Sequence record: PP337211
DNA length: 64,000 nucleotides
Reading direction: 5' to 3' (one strand)
DNA from: Escherichia phage ERS-1
This document shows positions 48,901 to 58,128 of the stretch, one piece after another. How positions within the stretch are numbered: position 1 is the stretch's first letter; every line of letters begins with the position of its first letter. The translations under genes and the position numbers were made by a program. A model generated the notes under the pieces. It had not been told where the DNA came from and did not search any database. It was given only the letters and a program-made list of their open reading frames with translations.

Positions 48901-51900
48901 CTTGCCGTCCATCAGCGCCCTGAACGTCCTCCGGGGCAGCCTGAAGGAGAACCCGGTAATTGGCTGACGAATCGACTTGAAGGATGGAATTCCCTTCCCC
49001 CCTTGCGGACCGCGAAGTGGCCCGGATCGCGGAGGAGGCGGCGACACACCGCCCGGGAGCCGGCGACTGTGACCTGTGTGGCGAATGGAGCGGGAGGCTG
49101 GTGGAGGAGTCTGTGCGCCCTGTCGGACCGCCCGGGCTTTGCCGGTGAATCGAAGAAGTTGTATGAGGGCTCTACTTCTTGCAGGCCCCCCGCCACTCTC
49201 CTTCGTTGCAGGTACCGGCCTGAAAATGGAGAACGGCGATGACCTGGATTTCCGCCTCCAACCCGACACCCGCGCCACTGCCCCGCTTCGTGGCCGGTTT
49301 CACTGTCCTCGCCTCTGGCGGTAGCCCTCCGCGACCCTCGGCTACGCCTTCAGCCGCTAGAGCGTGGTTCCTGGCCTGGTCCGGCGACTCTGCATGGCAT
49401 GCTGGAGGATGTACCGTGAAGGACGTGTACTGGAACCTGGCCCACTACCCCCGTCTGGAAGGCTCGGGTGCCCCCGCCCTCGCCCTCCGAAGTTCCTGGC
49501 GTCATCCCCGACCGTCGCCCGAATTGAAGCCCTGGGTGGAGTTCCGCGCCCCGAAGGCTGCGCCGGTGGTGAAGGCGGGAGCGCTTCTGCCAGGGGCGCC
49601 GGGTGCCCGCCCCGCGCCCGGGCTGGCCAGTCCTGATGGAGCTGGCAAGCCCTGGTCCGCCGCTGCTCCATGGTCCAGCCCCGCGAAAGTCCGGTCGGCG
49701 TAGGAAGGACGGAACCGATCCTCGCCGGCGAGCGCCTGGGCTCGCCGCGGGCCTTCGACCACCACCCGGGTTGAAGGAGCCCGCGTGTATCTGGAAGGAT
49801 GAGCCGCCGCTGGAGGGAAAGGCCCGAGGAAGATGGAAGCGAGTACCAGAAGCGGGAGGGCTCCGGCCCTCCCCCCCGCGGGTCGAAAAAAGTTGTCTGC
49901 TGGGCTGACCTTCTTCGGGTTGGGTCACTTTTTGTTAGGCCGTAGAAATGGAGAACTGAAATCAGCCGACTCCCGCCCAGGTCGCTGCCCGCGAACTGAT
50001 CGCAGGCTGGGGCTCGCCTCGCTGGGCGATGTCCGGGTTGTCAAGCCGCTGACCCTCCCGGCCGGAGTACCTCCGCGGCCCGCTCCTTCGCCGGTGACCG
50101 CGCGATCCGCCGGATCGGTGCCGGTCCTCCGCGGGACGTCCCCCTGGCAGCTGATCGGCTTCGGACCTCGCGGAGGTCGCCGGGCCCTCTGGAAGTCGGC
50201 TGCCGTTGACCGGGAGGGCCTGGCTCTCCCCCTCCCGGAGAAGGAGCCCCTTGTGAACCGGTGGCCGCCTTCCCCACCCCCTCCCCTCGTCCCCACTCCT
50301 GTTCATCGGAGTCGGGGAGCTGGGGCTGCTCTTCACCCTCCGCGAGACGGAGCTGAAGGCCGTCCCGGGTCCTGGCCCACGGACGCGGTGGTGAATGGCG
50401 TGTATCGGGGTCCTCCGAGGTCCGTGCTCCCGTGAAGAACCTGAGCCGGGACCGACGAAGCCTTCGAGAAGGCCCGGAAGCCTCTGCAGCGTATGGGCCG
50501 AGCCGGTGACCTCCCGCGACTCCCTGCGCGAGGAAATGAACGCGATTCACCGCGTGACGCTGCGGAGCTGGAGCGCCGGGAGCGCGAGCGGAAGGAGCGC
50601 GAGGACCGCCTGGGCCGCGGAACGGGCCGCGGAGGAGGAGGAGAAGCGCCTGTACCTTCCTGGGCTGGAAGTTTGCCTTCGGACCTACGCGTGGCGAGTT
50701 CCCAGGCCCCGCGGGCTGGCCTCCGCCGGTCGATCCAGCCTCCGGACTTCGAGGAAGGTGGCCTGATGCGCCTGACCGCCCGTGAGGTCGCCCGCCGGGT
50801 CCCTGTCCTCGCCCGCCGAAGCCGAAGCCCGACCTGTACGTGGGCGAGCCGAGAGTGCATCACCTTCGACGTGACCGTGGTGCGCCGTACCCTTGCGCCC
50901 GTGACGCCTGGAACGGCTACGGTATCGAGACGGTCCAGGCGTTGCGATGATCGACCGCGCGACCGGGGCCTGCCTCGTGTCCAAGTCCGGGGCCTTCTAC
51001 GCGGAGGAAGGCGAGGAGCTGAAGATCAAGGCCACCGTGAAGGAGCACGCGGAGCACCGCGGCCAGGCCCAGACCGTTGTCCAGCGGGTCGCGGTGCTGG
51101 AGGACTACCGGATGCGCCGGGAACCTCTCAGCTCGCGGTTGTTCGGAGGGCGAGCTGTACGCCGCCTGCACCAGGACCCCCTCACCGGGGCTCTTACGCA
51201 GTGGCCTTTGCCGGAGCCCTCGGGGAGGCCCGGCCGTCGCCCTCGTTGACTGGACTCGCTGAAGTGGACGGGTCACCTGCCCGGGCTTACCGCGTGGGTG
51301 ATTAAGCTTCGCGCTTGGCGGACGCCCTCGTGCGATCCTTCGGAGCTGACCGGGCGTTCCGCGCGTCGGGCGATGAGTTCGCCGTTATGGGTGATAGCCG
51401 TGAACGTCTGCCCGGGCTCGCTTCTCCGCGCGAGGGTCCGGGTTTCTGCTTCGGACGGGGATCGGAGGCGGCGGAGGCGGACGGCGACCTGGCGCGTCGA
51501 GGGGCGGAGGGGGAGCGGTCCGGCCTTCGGGGCCGCGCGAGGGCTCCTCGACCGCCTTGGGGTCGATCATCGACCTCCGGGGGGCTTTACTTCTTCGGAG
51601 GCCCCCCGTCACACTTCTTTGTCGGGCGGTCCGGACCCGGAGAACGGCTGCCGGGGCGGCTGGGCATTTACTGTCTCCCCTGTCCAGGCCACGGACCTGC
51701 GCCTCCAAAGTTCTCCCGACCTTCTTTCGGGCGTGACTTCCTCCGGGTCCAAACGGCCCTGGACCGCCTCCTTAGATGGCGGAGGAGTAGGACGGTGCGC
51801 ACTGGTTCATGTACAAGCTGTCCAACGGTGCGACTGACCTGGCCCCGGCGATCACCGACCGGAAGCTGCGACTGACCGTGGACACCAACGGCTACGGGCG

Positions 51901-54601
51901 AGGTCAGCGGAGACGCCGCGGGCCTGATCGCCTGCCTGTTCGTGTCAACGCCCTCGCTGGAATACCCGCAGCGCCAGGACTACGTGGACCTGTCTACAAG
52001 CCGCGCGACTTCGCCTTCGACCGCCGCAGGCTGAGGAAATCACCGCTGCCTTCGACCTGATACCCTCGGCGCAGCCGACCGCCCCAACTTCCCGGCAAGG
52101 AGCAGATGACCGGTAGACCGCCCCCGGACCAAACCTCCTGCAGGAGACTTTCGTTGGTGTCGCCCCTGACGTGACCGCCCGCCGCGTCCGTCCTGGGCGA
52201 CTTCAGGTGCGCCTCGGCGACCGAGTCGATGCCGGCTTCCGTCCTTCGCCCCGGGCGGAAGTCGGACCCGGCGACCCTGAGCTGGAACCCGTTGGCCCGT
52301 TCACGCTGAAATGGCGACCCCGCAGGGCCTGCACATCCCGGCCGAGGTCCGGCTGGAACATCGCCTTGCCCGCCACTTCGACCGCCTGCTTACGATGGTC
52401 GGTGGACCCCCTCTGTAAGGTAGAAAAGGAGCCCGCGATGGCTGGGCGAGCCACCGCCGTTGGGAGAACCCTCCGTCACCTCCGCGACTGCGCGGAGCCG
52501 CGCACCCCCTGGGCGGATCCGGAAGCCCGCGCCCGGGCGTCCTCCTCCAACTCGCCGTGGAGGCGGCTGGAGGAGGTCGGGTGACGATCACCGCCGCGAG
52601 CTGGACGAAGCCCGAGCAACGCGGGAGGTGAGTGATGAGCGGACGCTACAAGGTCCTGGCCGGGTCCCAGTGCCCGGCCACCGCCGCTCGACTACACCGT
52701 GGTGGATGTCCGGAGCCTTTGCCCGCGGGCGCCTCGGGTGCCGTCGATGCGACTGCGAGACGTTTGGCGAGGAGGAAGCCCTGCGGTTGCCCGCGCCCGA
52801 ACGCGGCGATCGGCGAGTTGAAGTGTACCCTCGCCCGGGCCGCTCGCCTGTTCGAGGAGGCCCTGCCGAAGTCGTGCTGGGCGCCAGCGCCCTGGACGCC
52901 GGCGTGATCCGCTGCTTGGTCAGGTCCCGGCGAAGTCCGCGCGGCCCTGAAGGCTTGCGCCCTTGTGCGGAGGGGAAGTGCCCCGTACGGCCCCGAACCG
53001 CCCCTGGGCGAAGGAGGGCGGAGCATCACCCCCGGGCGCTGACGCCCTGATCCTGAGTTCGTGTCGACCTGGGCGGCTAGGGGTCAAGCGGCTGAAGGAC
53101 CGCCGGGCGAAGATCGCCGGCTGTTCGCCCCGGGACGGACGGAAGGCGACCGCCTGGCCCTGTACGTCGCCGGGCGGGCGACCCTCCCGCTTCGACGCGG
53201 CCCGCTGCGCCGGTACGCGCCCGCCGCCCGTTGGACCTCTGCCGCGTGACGACCTAGGTAACGGCTCCGCCCGCGTGGTGCCGAAGTCGTAACGAGACCG
53301 GAGAAGGAGAAGCGGCGAAGCGGGGAATCTACCGCGGCCCGATCCCTGCCCGATTCGGCAGACCTGCGCTGCTGCGCGAGGCGACCCGGCCATGCTCGTG
53401 GCGGTTCGATGACGGAGCCTGACCCGGAGCGGCGACCCGATCCCGGCGGAGAAGCCCGAAGGCCCGCCCGCGGACGCCCTGGGCTACGGCTCGCGCCTTC
53501 CCGGCGGAGGACTTCGAGGAGAACCGGACCTGCCCGACCTGCGAGGCGACCGGCTTTCGGCGGCTCGCGCCGGGTCCTGACCGCTGTACCTTCTGCGACG
53601 GGACGGCAAGGCGGGAACCCGCCGGAGGAGGACGGCGAGGCTGCCGGGGTGCCCCGCCCGACCGCCCGCGCGCGGTCGGTGACCTCCTCCGTGGGCATGA
53701 CCCGCGACGGCTACCGGCTCGCCGGGTGGTTGTCGAGTGCGAGGACGGCGCTGTGGCGAACTCCGCCAGGAACGAAGCCGGGACTGATCCTGGGTCCGGC
53801 TCCCGGTGATCCCGGGAGGTGAACGATGTCCCTGGCTGAGTTCGAGGACCGCGTGGCGGATCCCCTGCCTCATCGTGGTCACCACCGGGAGCCCTGACGT
53901 GCCCGCGAAGTGCTGCGGCCCGCCTGAAGATCGCTACCCGGCGGAAGGCGGATGCGGTGAATGGGAAGTCCGCGACCGCCGCGGACGCCCGCCCCCTGGC
54001 CTGGAGCGGGGTATGACGGAGGCGGAGCGCGAAGCGGTTGACCTGGCCGTGTTCGATCCGTGCGGAGGACCGGCGATGACCTGCGTGCGCGTCCCCGGGG
54101 GTCGCTTGCCGTCGCCCTCTTCCGGCTCCGCCTCGCGGACGGCTCCTGCGCGTCGGAGCCCTGCCACCTGCGGGCTGCCTCTTCCGCGACCGGCGGCTGG
54201 CGTCTTCACACGAGTGGTGGAGGACCCCTGCGATCTGCGCCGCCCTGGACTGGTCCTTCAACGAGGAAAACGGGCCGACCGCCCTCGCCGCGGGATGCCC
54301 CGCCGGGTGGTCCCGCGGTGCCGACTGGTCGAGTCGGAGGCCGAAGGCTGCGGAAAACCGGCGGGCTCCCCCTCCTTCTCCCTTCCACCGGGTGCGCTTG
54401 GGTTACGGGAGTGCGCTTGGGTTCGGCTCCAAAAGTATGAAGGGGTGCGTGGCGGGAAGTTGTAGCCGTCTGGGGTTCCTGCCTTGCGCTTAGGTTACTT
54501 GGGATTCTTACCTGAAACAAATTTGCCCAGGGTTGACCCGGCGGACCGGCCTGAGAATCCTTGTTGAGGCTTCCGGCTGTCCGAGGGCTTCCTGGGGCTA
54601 A

Positions 54602-54648
54602 GGTAAGTAAGTTAAGTAAGTTAAGTATCTATCTATCTATCTATCTAT
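54602..54648. repeat. Simple-sequence repeats: (GTAAGTTAA)-like units followed by (TATC)5
   Basis: Read directly: GTAAGTAAGTTAAGTAAGTTAAG then TATCTATCTATCTATCTATCTA, inside a lower-GC island (~54,470-54,700) within block 1. Confidence 0.8.
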
Positions 54649-55479
54649 AAAGGGCTGTTTTATATGGCCTTTTTGCCCGCTTGACTTTTTACTTTTTCGG
54701 ACGTGGAAGTGAAGCGCGACCCCTCGAACCTAAGCGGAGGACGCCGCGTGCCTGCTTGGGTCTGTTGCCCGTCGCTCCCGCGCCTCCCCCGCGGGCGAGC
54801 GCGACCCGCCCTTGGCGAACGCAGGCTTCGCCAGACTCGCGGCGAGGATGTCCTTGGGCGTGAGGCCGGGACGGATCGCCGCGTGATGCGCGATTGACGG
54901 GCGGTGCTGCCCAAGGGGGAGGTGATGTGCCCATTGAGAAACTGAAGCCGAAGCCGATGGTGCCCTTGCCCTTGGATGGAAGCAGTACCTGGAGTTGTTC
55001 CGCACGTCCCGACCTGGGTGGGTGGAAGTACCGTGCGCGGAGGCGTGGGCGTCTCCGGCTCCGCCGTTCCACTATGCCGTTGAAGAATGACCCGGAGTTT
55101 GCCCTGGCTCTGCAGGACGCCCGCCAAGCGTGGATTGATGAGATCCTGTTGCGCGGCCCTGAAGCGGGCGCGGGACGGCGCGGCAGCGCCCGATCGGTCG
55201 GGGAAGTTCAAGGACGAAATTATTGGATGAGCGGGTGTACTGTGATTCGCTGATGGCCTTGACGCTCCGCGCCCGCCGTGCGGAGTTCGGGAGGACGGGA
55301 GGACGTGGCCTGTATCACTGCCCTCGGCCCGGTGGGCGCCGATCGTCCCGGGCCCCGGCGTCGACCGGACGACTGGGAATTGTTTGGGACCTCGCCCGCG
55401 GGACCGTGGGCCGTCCGACCGGGAGGGCGATGTTCGCCTGGTCCCAAGCGGGCAGGCGGTTGCCATCGCCGCCCGCCCG

Positions 55480-56072
55480 GACTACCCGATCGAGCGGCGC
55501 GAGGCGGAGCCCGGCGAGCTGCGGGCACCACGTGGACCCGGAGACGGGAAGGAGTCGGAGGCGACCTGGTGCGGGTACGGGTTGCAGCTCGCCTTCCTCG
55601 GCGTCCCGATCTTCGAGGTGCTGTATGAGGGGACGCGCGGCCCGGGCAAGACCGACTGCCGATGGACTTCCTCCAGCACGTGGGGAAGGGCTACGGTTGG
55701 AGCGGCGGGGTCCCCGTTCCGTCTGGCAGGGACCCCCGCTGTCGGACGTGATCAGACACAAAACCAACAAGTGGTTCAAGCGTTTCTTCCCGGCTAAGTA
55801 CAGGCAAGGTGGGTTGGCGACCTTCCCGGCACGGCGAGGAGCTGCTGCTGTGTCGGCGGTCGCCGGAGGATTATTGGAACTACCCACGGCCACGTGCCCG
55901 TGGATTGGCTGGGAAGAACTCTTGGGCTGGGCCTGACAGCGCCACCGTTGCGACGTCCTGCCGCCGCTCCCAAGCCGGGGATGCCCCGCCGCGACCCGGG
56001 CGACCGGCCCCACGGCCCCGCCCCTGGCTGGGTCAGGCCCGCTCCCGCCTCCCCCGTTGCGCGGTCGGGTGA
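55480..56072 (+). CDS. Candidate P-loop NTPase, frame-disrupted; function unassigned
   Basis: Walker A-like GTRGPGKT at 55,630-55,653 in context ..GVPIFEVLYEGTRGPGKTD..; protein-like continuation in other frames (..FLQHVGKGYGWSG.., ..LSDVIRHKTNKWFKRFFPAKY..). Boundaries arbitrary. Confidence 0.2.
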
Positions 56073-57688
56073 TCCTGGACGCGATGCGAGACGGCGAGCG
56101 CGAACCGCCCCGGGTCGCCTTCCCGGTTCCTTTCCCATGAGAACCGGGTTGCTCCTCGCTGACCCGGAGGGCCTGGTATTCGAGCCGCGGCCCGGAACCC
56201 CTCCGACTCGCCGCCTGGCTCCACGGCTCCTGCAGGTTGTTTGCGGGAGGATGTTGTACGAGGCTTGCACCGCGGGACGCACCGCGGCGCCCTCCGTCCC
56301 GCTGTCGGTGATCCCGAAGCGGTGGAAGATCGACCTGCGGCTTCCACCGGGCCGGAGCCCTTTGCCGTCCTGTGGTGGGCGGAGTCGAATGGGAGCCGTT
56401 CGAGCGGAATGGCCGCGTGTACGGAAGGTGCGGGGGCGATCTGTACCTGATCCTGTAGCGGGTACGGCTGGAACGGGAACGCGAGCAGGGCGTCCTGCGG
56501 CTCGCCTCGGAGGTCGCCCAGTGGGTGAAGGACCGGGAGGAGGATTGGGCGCTGGAAGGTCGGGTCAGCCCTGGCCCCCGCGACCTTCTCCTCACGTGGA
56601 GGTATGGGGCCTGGATTGCTGTGGAGGCGGAGAGAGGGTGTGCGCCTGGACGCCCGCGGGAGGCTGGGCTCGCGGGTGGGCTGGGAGGGGTTGGCTGTCG
56701 GAGGGCGCTGCCTCCGGCGGCGGGGACCGCGCCAGGTCCCTGGGCTGTTCGGTTTTTTCGACCCGTGCTGGTGTCGTCCAGACGGTCCCGCGCTGCCCCG
56801 CGATGAGGTGTACCTGGGATGACGTGAAGGCGGAGGCGGAGGACCGGTTGGTGACGCGACCGCTACCGCGTGCGGGGTAAGCTGCGTGGTGCGGTGGTGG
56901 CCCGCAGAGGCTCGGCCGGGTCCTCGCCTTCGGGCGAGAATCCGCGAACCTGGAGAACCGACGGCCGGCGAGACGGCAGCCCTGCCGACCTGCGGGGCGT
57001 ATTAACCGCGCTCCCGCGCTGGCCCACGCTCCAGACGCCGCCTGGGCGGGACCGAAGGGCGCGCGAGGCGGGCGAGACGTACCTACCCCGCCCTCGGAGG
57101 AGACGGCAGGGTGGGCTATCGGGAGCGCCTGGCCTCCGCCGCTCCTCCTCGGCGGTTGAACCTGGGCGCCTGGACCTGCCCTGCAGCGGAGCCCTTTGCC
57201 AGCCGATCAAGCCGGCCAGGACGTGCCCGGAGGCGATCCAGGAGATGATCCTGCCTGACGTGGACCTCCTGGGGCTGCCCACGCGTTCGCCCGTCCTGTG
57301 GTTCCGCCAGCCTATCCGGTGAGGCCCTGGCCTCCTCGTCCAGACCGCCTCGCCCGGCCCCGCGGAGGATGGCCTACCCGGACCTGGCGGATGACCGCCG
57401 GGAGGGCCTGCGCCCTGACTGGGTGATGATCCAAGCCGGAGGCGCCCGCTGTTGGCCCGGTCGGAGGTGATCAAATGGGGCCCGAGTCCTCTGCGTGCTG
57501 CTGTCCAAGTTACGAGGCGGAGGCAGGACGGCTTCGCGCAGGCTTGGGAGCGCTGTCCGCGTCCTGGAGCTGGGCCTTGTCCCGGCTCTGGCAGCCGGTG
57601 AGAAGTTGGTGGTCCCGCAAGGAGGAGTGGGTGCTGGCGGATGAGCGGGCCATGGGGCTGAACCACGTCCCTGTGGTTGCCTTTACGC

Positions 57689-57776
57689 CAGACGACTACA
57701 AACGGAATCTACAGCACCTGAGTATGTATTGCTAAGGTTAGAGGGAAACACGATAGAATCCAACAGCACCTAAAAA
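57689..57776 (-). repeat. Repeat element E copies D2 (57,689-57,720, right terminus of block 1, inverted relative to copy B) and D1 (57,721-57,776, 5' half plus inner-stem arm), both in reverse orientation
   Basis: Reverse complement reads TTTTAGGTGCTGT-TGGATTCTATCGTGTTTCCCTC-TAACCTTAGCAAT-ACATACT-CAGGTGCTGT-AGATTCCGTTTGTAGTCGTCTG. Confidence 0.7.
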
Positions 57777-57995
57777 GGTTCAACTTTTTACTAAATAATA
57801 AATGTTGTAGTATCTTCTTAAAACGAAAAATTTAATTTGCTTTAAAACCTTCCCAATTTTTTTTGCCTTTTTTTAACATACGTCAGAACATGGAAGAATG
57901 GTGGCCGTTTTTTACACTGTGAAGAAACAATTTTGAACTTTTAAATGACTTCCATTTATATTGTTTTAATTTCCTTTTTTCCCGTTTGTTGTTAA

Positions 57996-58128
57996 TTTTT
58001 TTTTTTAGGTGCTGTTCCGGATTTATCGTGTTTCCTGATTAACCTTAGCAATACGTAACTGAACGAAGTACATAAAAACACCAATTGCTAAGGTTAAAAG
58101 GTTACACAAACCCTGGACAAGCAGCACC
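57996..58128 (+). repeat. Repeat element E, complete copy C: T11, AGGTGCTGT, 23 nt, TTAACCTTAGCAAT, 31-nt loop, ATTGCTAAGGTTAA, 24 nt, CAGCACC; abuts high-GC block 2
   Basis: Nested inverted repeats (outer 7 bp GGTGCTG/CAGCACC; inner 14 bp) read directly; loop similar to copy A loop. Confidence 0.7.

Larger units (their letters stand above)
36972..57688 (+). other. High-GC block 1 (~20.7 kb): frame-drifting protein-like coding signal on the plus strand, no confidently callable genes
   Basis: Abrupt composition change; plus-strand translations contain protein-like, high-GC3 stretches of 20-80 codons that switch frame; minus-strand long ORFs translate to R/P/G/S-rich low-complexity strings. 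Confidence 0.6.

Noticed and set aside
36677-58128. CRISPR array formed by the AGGTGCTGT..TTAACCTTAGCAAT repeats
   Set aside because: Only ~6 copies, spacing from 7 bp to 20 kb, mixed orientations, and the unique segments between conserved parts are diverged versions of each other rather than distinct spacers; no cas genes recognised.
57996-58128. tRNA or tmRNA-like gene (GGTGCTG/CAGCACC resembling an acceptor stem)
   Set aside because: About 120 nt separate the arms, there is no recognisable D/anticodon/T-arm cloverleaf and no CCA end; better described as a nested palindrome.
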